Source of the DNA: an uncultured virus (IMG/VR IMGVR_UViG_3300017728_001586)
Taxonomy: Duplodnaviria > Heunggongvirae > Uroviricota > Caudoviricetes
DNA: 64,000 nucleotides
Strand: one strand, 5' to 3'
Virus record (IMG/VR): IMGVR_UViG_3300017728_001586
The notes under the pieces are model-generated. The model saw only the letters and a list, made by a program, of their open reading frames with translations. It did not search any database and was not told where the DNA came from. The translations under genes and the position numbers were made by a program. This document shows, piece after piece, positions 55,313-64,000 of this stretch (the stretch's first letter is position 1; the number at the start of each line of letters is the position of its first letter).

Positions 55313-55644
55313 TATCTGGTTACTCCTGGTGTGACTATTGCTTGACCTTCTACAACTCTTGTTGTTATACCACCAGCACTTGTTATGTTCATATCATACA
55401 CATATCTTCCAGGTTCTAATGCTGATGTTTGAGTATCAGTCAAAGATAATGTCACTTTACCGGTAACATTCTCATTACTGGTAGTGAATGTGGCAGATAT
55501 GGTTGAAGAACCATAGGTCTTTCTTATTTGTCCTGCTGATGTATAACCAGAGAGATTTAAAACCTGTCCTGTTGAATCGGAAACATCTACAGCAACTTGA
55601 AAGTCTGTTCCCTGGTCGATAAATAAATTTGCGATTATAGCCAT
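55312..55644 (-). CDS. Ig/BppU-like virion adaptor protein
   Basis: ANLFIDQGTDF, GRYVYD, RVVEG..VTPGVT. Confidence 0.65.
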   Translation of the reverse strand: MAIIANLFIDQGTDFQVAVDVSDSTGQVLNLSGYTSAGQIRKTYGSSTISATFTTSNENVTGKVTLSLTDTQTSALEPGRYVYDMNITSAGGITTRVVEGQAIVTPGVTR

Positions 55645-55661
55645 ATTACTATTTAGTCATC

Positions 55662-56756
55662 CTATTCGTCAAACGGCAAAGCAGGTACCTGATGAATTTT
55701 CTCAACTGTTGAACTATCTTTCTTAACAAAGACTTTAGTTGAAGCTTTTACAACACCATCACTATCTTTTATAAAGACTCCTTTCACTTTTGCAACTGGC
55801 GTTATTGGTCGATTAGAGTTCTCTGTTGCTTGAAATATAAACGGAGACCTGAATCCATATGGTTGTTGTCTGTTTTGTTGAAAACTATAAGACGCCTGAC
55901 CTTGTGCAATATATGGTTGTCGACCAATAGTAGGATTTCTGTAAATAGAAGGACTTCTATATGAGAAAGGATATGTAAATGGTTGCCTTCTAATAACAGG
56001 GTCTTGTCTATTGTGAGTATTAAGATATTGTGCGTTATGTGCTGAAGGTGTTCTCTTATTTCTAATATTAGGTTCTTGTTGACTTCTAATATTAGGTTGT
56101 TGTTTATTTTTAAGCGCTTGTCTAATAGAAGGTGTTTGTGCGCTTCTAATATTAGGTTCTTGTTGACTCGCTGGTGTTCTTGTTATAGAAGGAGTTTGTT
56201 TACTCGCTTGATAAGCAGACTGTTTGTTTCTTATAACAGATTCCTGTTTATTTTTAATAGTAGGTTGTTGTTGATTTCTAATAAAAGGATTCTGCGTATT
56301 CGCTTGTGCATCTGCGGTGTAAGGACTTTGAGCGCTTCTAATATTAGGTTCTTGAGCAGTCTGTTGGGCGCTTCTTATACTAGGCGCCTGTTTGTCTCTA
56401 ATAACAGGTTCTTGTGCGTTTGCAGTATACGGAGTTTGATGAGCTCTTTCAAACGGATTTTGTCTGTTTCTAATATTAGGTTCTTGTTGATTTCTAATAT
56501 TAGGTTGTTGATTACTTTCCTGCTGATTTCTTTCAAACGGATGTTGTTTGTTTCTAATATTAGGTTGTTGATTACTTTCCTGCTGATTTCTTTCAAACGG
56601 ATGTTGTTTGTTTCTAATAACAGGTTGCTGTGCCTGATGCTGTCGATTTCTTTCAAACGGATGTTGTTTGTTTCTAATAACAGGTTGTTGCGCTGGTTGT
56701 TGCACCTGTGTAGCAATAGGATGTTGGTATATGGATGGTTGTTGTCCTACTGGCAT
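55662..56756 (-). CDS. Repeat protein B2 (QxPxIR-rich; mirror partner of 56763..58364)
   Basis: 364 aa; QQPVIRNKQHPFERN units; C-terminal VKGVFIK..KVFVK motif. Confidence 0.85.
   Translation of the reverse strand: MPVGQQPSIYQHPIATQVQQPAQQPVIRNKQHPFERNRQHQAQQPVIRNKQHPFERNQQESNQQPNIRNKQHPFERNQQESNQQPNIRNQQEPNIRNRQNPFERAHQTPYTANAQEPVIRDKQAPSIRSAQQTAQEPNIRSAQSPYTADAQANTQNPFIRNQQQPTIKNKQESVIRNKQSAYQASKQTPSITRTPASQQEPNIRSAQTPSIRQALKNKQQPNIRSQQEPNIRNKRTPSAHNAQYLNTHNRQDPVIRRQPFTYPFSYRSPSIYRNPTIGRQPYIAQGQASYSFQQNRQQPYGFRSPFIFQATENSNRPITPVAKVKGVFIKDSDGVVKASTKVFVKKDSSTVEKIHQVPALPFDE
56490..56690. repeat. 60-bp tandem repeat x3 (coding)
   Basis: Consecutive 60-nt lines nearly identical; boundaries approximate. 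Confidence 0.85.
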
Positions 56757-56762
56757 ATCACA

Positions 56763-58364
56763 TTACTCCTGGTTATTATCATCGTTTTCATCGTCTTCTG
56801 GTTCTTCGTTTTCGTAATACAGAGTCACTTTTAGCGATATTGTATGAGTTCCCATATTAGCATCTGGACTTGTAAATGTAAATGTATTAGTTGTCTCGTA
56901 CTCCTTAACATCTCCACCGCTAGCATTATCACATTTCCACTTGGTAAAAGTACCATTAGTTGTACCAAAACTCCAAGAAGTGCTAGTTATTGCAGTGCCT
57001 GTAGAAATGTTTCCGCTCAGAGTACCCTCATTGAAGGTACCATGAGTAGAGGTACTTCTAGCAACAGAATAATTAGTTCCAGCATCGTCTATTTTGTATA
57101 GAAGAATAGCACTATTTGCATTAATGCTTTGCTGCTGACCATTTTGAGTACCGCCGGTATTTGTTTCTTCCAGATATGCATCAGCATTCTGTCCAGGTGG
57201 TATACCATCAGATGAAGCATAAACATATACATTAACATCATTACTTGATTCAACACAATATAATACAATCCAAGGTTCTAGACCGCTATGGTCCGAAACT
57301 GAAACCTCACAATGAACTTCAGTATATGGAGCAGTCGTAGTACCAATGTTTTGCTGTTGTAATTCACTAAAGATAAACGGTGTTCGTGCATTTCTTGAGT
57401 TTTGTGTATTGACAATTACTGGAGTTGTAAATGGTGACCTATGTTGGTAAATACTCGGCGATTGATGCTGATAAATTGACGGACTTCTAAATGGTGACCT
57501 ATGCTGATAAGTACTTGGCGATTGATGCTGATAAATTGACGGACTTCTAAATGGCGACTGATGCTGATAAGTACTTGGCGATTGATGCTGATAAATTGAC
57601 GGACTTCTAAATGGCGACTGATGCTGATAAATCAACGGACTTCTATGGTCATAAGTGTCTGGACTTCTATGTTGATAGATACTAGGTTCTCTATTATCGT
57701 ATGTAGAAGGTGACCTATGGTCATAGGTAAATGGTGACCTATGTTGATAAGTAAACGGACTTCTATAAGGCGACCTATGGTCATATATTAAAGGTTCTCT
57801 ATTTTGATATGTAGAAGGTGTTCGAGAAGGACTTTGGTGGTTATATGTTGAAGGACTTCTGTGGTCATATGTAAAAGGACTTCTATGTTCATATGTTAAA
57901 GGTTGTCTATTTGTATAGATGCTAGGCGTTCTAGTCTGAGTCGGTGTACGATATATCAAAGGACTTCTATGTTGATATGTAGAAGGTTCTCTATGTTGAT
58001 AATTTAACTGATAAGTAAACGGTGACCTATGTTGATATGTCAACGGACTTCCATGTTGATATGTAGAAGGTGTTTGAATATTGTATATTGAAGGCGCCCT
58101 ACTTGTGTATATAGCAGGCGACCTGTGATTATAGGTTTTTTGTGCGACACCTTGAGCAATTATTGGATTTTGTGCATTACTAGGCGTCTGAACATTTGTA
58201 GGTGTTCTACTTTGATATGTAAATGGTTGTGTTCCTTGAGTAGTAACCTGATAAATTCTTTGTGCGATATTCGGTTGTTGACCGGCTGCAGGTACTCTGG
58301 CTAAAAAGGGTTGCTGAAAAGTTCCACCATTCTTATCATGTTTTATAAAAATATCGTCTGACAT
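56763..58364 (-). CDS. Repeat protein A2 (YxHRSP-rich) with globular C-terminal domain
   Basis: 533 aa; about 300 aa of repeat followed by about 190 aa non-repetitive domain. Confidence 0.85.
   Translation of the reverse strand: MSDDIFIKHDKNGGTFQQPFLARVPAAGQQPNIAQRIYQVTTQGTQPFTYQSRTPTNVQTPSNAQNPIIAQGVAQKTYNHRSPAIYTSRAPSIYNIQTPSTYQHGSPLTYQHRSPFTYQLNYQHREPSTYQHRSPLIYRTPTQTRTPSIYTNRQPLTYEHRSPFTYDHRSPSTYNHQSPSRTPSTYQNREPLIYDHRSPYRSPFTYQHRSPFTYDHRSPSTYDNREPSIYQHRSPDTYDHRSPLIYQHQSPFRSPSIYQHQSPSTYQHQSPFRSPSIYQHQSPSTYQHRSPFRSPSIYQHQSPSIYQHRSPFTTPVIVNTQNSRNARTPFIFSELQQQNIGTTTAPYTEVHCEVSVSDHSGLEPWIVLYCVESSNDVNVYVYASSDGIPPGQNADAYLEETNTGGTQNGQQQSINANSAILLYKIDDAGTNYSVARSTSTHGTFNEGTLSGNISTGTAITSTSWSFGTTNGTFTKWKCDNASGGDVKEYETTNTFTFTSPDANMGTHTISLKVTLYYENEEPEDDENDDNNQE
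57440..57630. repeat. 60-bp tandem repeat x3 (coding)
   Basis: ggacttctaaatgg..gatgctgataa lines repeat with 60-nt period; boundaries approximate. Confidence 0.85.
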
Positions 58365-58374
58365 ATTTTGTTCA

Positions 58375-60807
58375 CTATATTAAAAAGAAAAGATGACCTA
58401 TCTCTTTTCCACTACCACTAGGAAGACCACTAGATAAATCTGAGTCTGTTATCACACTATAATCTAACTCTATGTCGTTACCATCTAGAGTGATACCATT
58501 ACTCACTGAAGCTTCTAATGTTATCTCACCATCTGTAGTTGTATTAGTACCACCGTCTGGATTATCATTGTAGGTGAGTTTTATACCTTTATTTAGTTCA
58601 ACATTTGCAGTACCATTTTGAGCTATTGTTCCATCACCACTTGCATCGAACTTAAATTGTTTAGCGACTCTGTTGTCTGTAAAGAACACAGCAGAAGCGT
58701 CTTCAGTTAAATTACTAGTACTACCAGCTTGGTCACCAGGGTTCCAAGCAGAACCACTCCATATTAGTATTTGACCAGTACTTGCACCACTATTGACATT
58801 TGCTAAATCTTCTAAGTCGATTGATGGTAAGTCTGATAGAGTTAAAGCAGTAAGAGTAGTTGCAATAGATACATTACCCTTTGCAGTCTGAGTCTGGGTA
58901 CCAGTGACTGCACCTGTTAATGTGAAAGTTGAATTTGCAATTGTTAAATCTATTGTACCATCAGCGTCATCGTCATTGTAAGTTGCTGTAAGACCTGTAT
59001 GTGTACCATTGGTTGCAATCTGAGCACCAGTAATGTCTTGTACTTTCTCGGTGAGTGTGACATTTGACCATGAAGAACCAGTTTGAACTAAAATTTGGTC
59101 ATTAGTATTGTTTGCATCTGAAACATCGTATAAGTCATTTAGAGCAAGTTCGGTAGAAGTAATATCTCCTTTAGTCAAAGCTCTAAGAGTAGTTGCAATT
59201 GTCAAATTACCTTTTGCAGTCTGAGTAGCAGTACCTGTGACTCCACCTGTTAATGTGAAAGTTGAATTGTCTACTACTAGATTTGTTTTGCCTGTATCAT
59301 CGTTGTATGTGACTGATAGACCTGTTTCAGTATTACCAGCGAACATTGCACCAGCGATATCTTCAACTCTTTCTCGCATGGGTGTGTTTTCCCATTGGTC
59401 TGTGGTATCATTATACAGTAAAACATGGTCTTCTGCAAGCGCAATAGGATGGTCTACATTTGCAAGATAATCTATATTCTTTAATGCGATTCTAGCGTCT
59501 GCTCTTGCATCTGTATAATATAGATTAGAATTATGTTCTGTTAAGTTTTGTGTTGTGTGGTTTGCAATACTTGAAACTGTACCAGTCAAAGAACCTGCGT
59601 TTGCATTACTGTCGTGGTCAGATGTTGTATCTAGTATTGTGTGAGTACCAGCAAAGTTTTTAATGTTATTAACTACAGAACTACCTGATTTGAATACTGA
59701 GTTAGTATCACCTGTTATATCATCGACACTTGTAATGTCGCCACCAGTGATATTCAATGTACCATCTGTTAGAGTTCCTACTGTTGCAGTTCCTGATACA
59801 TTTGATAAGTTTGAATATACATTTGACCATCTCTTTGATGTTAAACCCAATGAATATGTATTAGTTGTTTCTGGTCTTAGATGAGAGTTTGCATAACCTG
59901 TGAATGTAATTGTATCACTAGCGGCATTACCTAATGTTGTGTTTCCGTCTACTGTAAGGTTTGCATTTAAGGTTGTATTATCAACTACTTGAAGTGTTGA
60001 TTGCATATGCACATCACCATCAATGTCTACAGCATCTAAATGAGATGTACCATTTACATCGATGTCGCCTTCGATATCTAAGAATCCTGAGAATGTTCCG
60101 TTGACTGCGCCTGTTATAGAACCACTGTTGATACTCATTGTAGAATCAGTGATAGTAGGTGCAGTTAGTGTCTTGCCTGTTGTGAGTAAGATATCATCTT
60201 CTGCAAATGTCTTACCTGCAAGTTGTATTGTATATCCAGATTCTAGTAGAGTTGTTGGTGATGAACTATCTCCATTTATAATAACACCGTTTGCATTGGT
60301 GTTATAGATTGTGTTCTCAACTGTTTTCTGGAAGAATGATGCAACTGAGTTTGCAATATTTGTTCCTACAAATGCACCAGTGTATGAGTATACATGAAGT
60401 CTATCGTTAGTAGACATTGCATTTGCTTGACCAGATGCATAAGTACCTGTTAGTGTGATACCCTCATGCGAACCTGTACCAGTAGGATTAGAAATAATGA
60501 AATCTACATCTTCTATCAAATGTCTTTCGTTTTTAAATACTTGAATCTTATCTTTTACAAAAATTAAGTTATTTGCAAACTCATCGTTACCTGTAAATAG
60601 TGTTTGGTTTGTTGATGCAACGAATACGAACTCTTGGAAGAAAAACTGTTTGTCTTCTAAAACATTGACAGCATCAACTAGTGTTCCGTTGTTTCCAGAT
60701 TTTAATCCTTCTCTTAGACCAGAAACTTCACCCACATCATATGCGAGTTCGTTATAGGTAGTTCTAAAGTCTTCAATTGTTGCGAAGTTGTCTACTGTTT
60801 TAGCCAT
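58375..60807 (-). CDS. Modular tail-fibre-like virion protein
   Basis: NLYYTDARAD, VEDIAGAM..NTETG, TFTLTG.VTG x2; C-terminal LPSG..GHLFF. Confidence 0.78.
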   Translation of the reverse strand: MAKTVDNFATIEDFRTTYNELAYDVGEVSGLREGLKSGNNGTLVDAVNVLEDKQFFFQEFVFVASTNQTLFTGNDEFANNLIFVKDKIQVFKNERHLIEDVDFIISNPTGTGSHEGITLTGTYASGQANAMSTNDRLHVYSYTGAFVGTNIANSVASFFQKTVENTIYNTNANGVIINGDSSSPTTLLESGYTIQLAGKTFAEDDILLTTGKTLTAPTITDSTMSINSGSITGAVNGTFSGFLDIEGDIDVNGTSHLDAVDIDGDVHMQSTLQVVDNTTLNANLTVDGNTTLGNAASDTITFTGYANSHLRPETTNTYSLGLTSKRWSNVYSNLSNVSGTATVGTLTDGTLNITGGDITSVDDITGDTNSVFKSGSSVVNNIKNFAGTHTILDTTSDHDSNANAGSLTGTVSSIANHTTQNLTEHNSNLYYTDARADARIALKNIDYLANVDHPIALAEDHVLLYNDTTDQWENTPMRERVEDIAGAMFAGNTETGLSVTYNDDTGKTNLVVDNSTFTLTGGVTGTATQTAKGNLTIATTLRALTKGDITSTELALNDLYDVSDANNTNDQILVQTGSSWSNVTLTEKVQDITGAQIATNGTHTGLTATYNDDDADGTIDLTIANSTFTLTGAVTGTQTQTAKGNVSIATTLTALTLSDLPSIDLEDLANVNSGASTGQILIWSGSAWNPGDQAGSTSNLTEDASAVFFTDNRVAKQFKFDASGDGTIAQNGTANVELNKGIKLTYNDNPDGGTNTTTDGEITLEASVSNGITLDGNDIELDYSVITDSDLSSGLPSGSGKEIGHLFFLI

Positions 60808-61021
60808 GTAATTTCTCTACTATATCTTTTAATAAGTCTTTAATTTCTGTTACCTCTTTCTTAAGAGTATTTATTTCATTCTTTTGAGTTTTTAAAAACT
60901 CTCTTCTTCTCATTGTCAACCTATACTGTTCTTCGTTAGTATTGATAATGGCATGAGAGGATTCATCCCTAATTAGGTCTGAAAATCCTTCCACTTTATG
61001 TACTATCTTACGCAAGAGCAA
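60800..61021 (-). CDS. Conserved small coiled-coil protein (start uncertain)
   Basis: KVEG..DL.RD..S.AIIN motif and C-terminal heptads. Confidence 0.6.
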   Translation of the reverse strand: MLLRKIVHKVEGFSDLIRDESSHAIINTNEEQYRLTMRRREFLKTQKNEINTLKKEVTEIKDLLKDIVEKLHG

Positions 61022-64000
61022 TACACCTCAATGCAGTCACTAGTGGTACAATCGAAGTATTACTTGATTGACCAACTATCTTAACTACAAAACCTGTGAA
61101 CTCTGGTAAACCTTCAGCAGTATATTCATACTCTTTAAAGTTTCTTGCATCTTTTTCGGTCACCACATCTGGTTCTCCATCTCCATTGAAGTATTCGAAC
61201 CCTAAGTCATCGATAGGTGTTGTCTCGTCATTCTTTAATATCTTAAACATGAATTTTAAATCAGATTCAGGTGGTCTATAGTTATCTGCAATAACTTTCA
61301 ATGTAGTTGCAGGATTCTTAAGATTCACTTTTCTAGTGATATAGACCATGGCGTTATTATCGCCATCTGGATCAGTTGAAGGCACATGAATCATAGAACC
61401 AGTTGAACCACCAGGTAGGTCATTAGCAGAATCAATATTATTGATTCTATTCATGATACCCAAACAACCAATCGTACCAATATCAATTACTGGAGATAAG
61501 TTCTGGTTAGCACTAGTAAACTGTAATCTACATTCAAATGATTTATTATTTGTGCCACCAGTCTGTTCTTCTGATTCATTAATACTCGATGCGATAATAC
61601 TAGGTCTTTCGAAATAGTTATTGTCATTTAATGTAATGAATTCATTCTTTGAGCGTAATGTAAATGTTGAATCTAAATTATTATCTTCAGGTGAATTAGT
61701 TCCTGTTCTTCTAACACTTGACAATAATGTTGTGTCTTTATATGTTAAAGAAGGTATCATTGTATGCAATACATCATAGTACATGTTAGTAGTTGCATAT
61801 GCTTGGTCACCACCAGCAATAGTTGATTCAACTGCATTGGTATATGATAAGTGATATGATGATAAGTCTGGTGTACATGCAAATGAGTCGATACCATAAT
61901 TATTGATACTACTGAATACTTTATTAATTGAATCTACAGGGAAACCACCCAATGTATCTCCAACACTTGATAATGTTATAGTTGCATTGTTTGAACCATC
62001 ATAGTTATTAATAGTGATAGATTCGTTTGCAGTATAACCTACACCTGGGTCTTTGATTGTCACTGAACTAATTTGATTTCCACTATTAACTGTTATTGTA
62101 TCAATCTTAAGTCCTGTACCAGTACCACTGTAGGTATATCCTGTGGAATCCCAATTGGCGCCACTATTGTTATATGTACCAGCAGTTGGAGTTCCTGTTG
62201 TTGAACCTGCTACAGTTAATACACCATTCTTCTTATCTCCTTCTACGCCATATATAACAACATTCGATTGATTGTCGTACATACCATGTGAGTAAGAGTA
62301 TACTCTAAAGAATGATTGATTAGAAAAAGTTTCTATTGAATTATTCTGCAATTTCTTAGGTGGTAAATGTGCGTTGTTAAACACGATGTTTGCAGCTGTA
62401 GTTGTATTAAACTTAGCGACTCTCATATTAAACTTCAAGTCATCTGTTTGTTCTGCTGTCCATGTAGATGCGTTCTGAGACATGAACAATGAACCAGCGT
62501 ATGGTTGTCCTGATATTGTCTGTCCAGTAATTAAATCTGTTTCGCCCATTCTGGAAATGAAACACTCGTAATCTGTTGAGTTAGTATACACAACAAAACA
62601 ATATTCATGTTTGTCTTCTAGGTATACAGGTGACTCAAATGTAAATGTAGTTGCGGATGAACCATCATCTGAAGTATTGACTTCATCTGGATTCTTTGTC
62701 ACAATTGAGAATGGTATAGTTGTCTGTCCTGGATATCCATTTATCATATTTCTGATTTCTACTGATACAGGTAAACTAGTTGCCTTACTCTTAAAGAATA
62801 CATCTATAGATGTTAGGAACATACCGCCATCAGATTCTACCATGAATGATTCTGCTAATGGGTCTTGCCAACCTCTTGGTTCTACTGGAATATCAAAGTC
62901 AAATATTCTTCTGTCTTCTCTTGGAAGAACCATTAAATCAGCGGGTGGGAACCTTGGAGGTAATGGTACAGGAGGTGGTACAGGAACAGGCACCGGCGGT
63001 GTAGGCACAGGCACAGGTACCGGAACTGGTACAGGGACTGGCACAGGCACAGGCACCGGATTCGGCACTGGCACATATACCGGAGTTGGTGGCATAGGTG
63101 GTGGTGTCGGTGGTATTGGTGGAGGCGGCGCAATAGGTGGTGGTGGGGGTGGTAATGAACCATCTCCTGTCACATTTAATCTTTCACCTCTTCTTGTAAT
63201 TGTTCTTTCGCCTGATAATCTTTCTGTCACCACTCTACCATTTCTAGTAGATACTATTTCTGTTTGTGAACTATTTAAGAGACCTTGTGCTTGATAAATC
63301 TCTGCACCCATTGAATCTGGATTACTTTGATTCGATGACTGAGATGTTATCTTTAATTCTCTTTGTCCTGTTGGGAATCTTTGGAAGTTGTCATTAGGTA
63401 TTAAGAACTTACATTCTACTTTACCATTACCATTTGTTTTTATTCCAACACCCTTGTTTGTTGTTCCGTCTTGTGAGAAGTCAGCACTACTAGGTGTGAC
63501 ATAACCATCTACTCTGATACCATCAAAGTATACAAAGTGTTTTGTGTTTGGTTTTAAGTTAGTTCCTACTGCGGTTATCTCTCTACTTCTAATGAAAGGT
63601 ATAACACTGACACTAACAACTCTATCGTTTCTTGTTTCTACAAAGTCTTCAACTACTGAAGTATTAACACCTTGTCTTGATTGAATTTCTGGTGTTTCGG
63701 TAATCTCTGTTGTTATGATTGTACCTTGAACCCATTCACCACCTTGAGCAGGGTCACCAGACCAATTGCCAGGAACAGCTGCATCTACTGAAGAACTAAC
63801 TACGGTTGGTTCACCAACCCATGTTGTCTGCCAGTTATTCCATATTGTTCCAAGTGAGTTTTGATTCTCTGCAAGAACAGCGTCAAAGTTTCCTTCTCTG
63901 TTGATTCTAACTTCTGGTAATTGTTCTGTATCATTCCATATATCAGAACCAGGAGTTAATTTGACATTACCTATAAATGCAAATACATGATATGGATTAA
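61008..64000 (-). CDS. Large virion protein (DUF4815/VrlC-like), 5' end outside window
   Basis: Frame continues to window edge (NPYHVFAFIGNVKLTPGSDIWND); DPLAESF, GSLFMSQNASTW..Q..DLKF, RCIALA end. Confidence 0.85.
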   Translation of the reverse strand, partial: NPYHVFAFIGNVKLTPGSDIWNDTEQLPEVRINREGNFDAVLAENQNSLGTIWNNWQTTWVGEPTVVSSSVDAAVPGNWSGDPAQGGEWVQGTIITTEITETPEIQSRQGVNTSVVEDFVETRNDRVVSVSVIPFIRSREITAVGTNLKPNTKHFVYFDGIRVDGYVTPSSADFSQDGTTNKGVGIKTNGNGKVECKFLIPNDNFQRFPTGQRELKITSQSSNQSNPDSMGAEIYQAQGLLNSSQTEIVSTRNGRVVTERLSGERTITRRGERLNVTGDGSLPPPPPPIAPPPPIPPTPPPMPPTPVYVPVPNPVPVPVPVPVPVPVPVPVPTPPVPVPVPPPVPLPPRFPPADLMVLPREDRRIFDFDIPVEPRGWQDPLAESFMVESDGGMFLTSIDVFFKSKATSLPVSVEIRNMINGYPGQTTIPFSIVTKNPDEVNTSDDGSSATTFTFESPVYLEDKHEYCFVVYTNSTDYECFISRMGETDLITGQTISGQPYAGSLFMSQNASTWTAEQTDDLKFNMRVAKFNTTTAANIVFNNAHLPPKKLQNNSIETFSNQSFFRVYSYSHGMYDNQSNVVIYGVEGDKKNGVLTVAGSTTGTPTAGTYNNSGANWDSTGYTYSGTGTGLKIDTITVNSGNQISSVTIKDPGVGYTANESITINNYDGSNNATITLSSVGDTLGGFPVDSINKVFSSINNYGIDSFACTPDLSSYHLSYTNAVESTIAGGDQAYATTNMYYDVLHTMIPSLTYKDTTLLSSVRRTGTNSPEDNNLDSTFTLRSKNEFITLNDNNYFERPSIIASSINESEEQTGGTNNKSFECRLQFTSANQNLSPVIDIGTIGCLGIMNRINNIDSANDLPGGSTGSMIHVPSTDPDGDNNAMVYITRKVNLKNPATTLKVIADNYRPPESDLKFMFKILKNDETTPIDDLGFEYFNGDGEPDVVTEKDARNFKEYEYTAEGLPEFTGFVVKIVGQSSNTSIVPLVTALRCIALA

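Noticed and set aside
44488..58364. Diversity-generating retroelement or RiPP multi-core precursor
   Set aside because: No reverse transcriptase or adenine-specific TR/VR pair was seen. No leader/protease-site pattern or dedicated peptidase lies nearby, and mirror pairing is better explained by a structural role. RiPP-like processing is not formally excluded.
1..64000. tRNA, rRNA, integrase or transposase genes
   Set aside because: None recognised by eye and intergenic gaps are short; a tRNAscan/Infernal run would be needed for certainty.

Overview
This 64 kb AT-rich window is part of a T4-like myophage genome whose gene order and content resemble marine cyano-/pelagi-myophages. The host cannot be determined from the window. 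Essentially all genes are on the minus strand. From the right end: virion and fibre genes (DUF4815 protein, several modular fibres); four low-complexity repeat proteins; a glycosyltransferase + 2OG-Fe(II) oxygenase cluster; the T4 core head/tail block (gp13-gp23, gp3); uvsY/uvsW; gp55/47/46; peptide deformylase; a CobS/VWA pair; gp45/44/62/regA; and a late-promoter-driven cassette of csgF, csgG, curlin-like genes, a FecR-domain gene and a CHASE2 adenylate cyclase. The most striking observation is that the four repeat proteins form two adjacent gene pairs whose irregular repeat patterns are unit-by-unit mirror images at the protein level. One chain read N->C matches the other read C->N, with a consistent pairing code (YxHRSP <-> QEPNIR, YxNRQP <-> PYIA, 4-mer <-> 4-mer, 6-mer <-> 6-mer). 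This suggests long antiparallel heterodimeric fibres with sequence-programmed complementarity. One pair ends in a Gly8-Hint autoprocessing domain and is followed by candidate hydroxylating and glycosylating enzymes. All family assignments come from motif recognition by eye; no database search was run.
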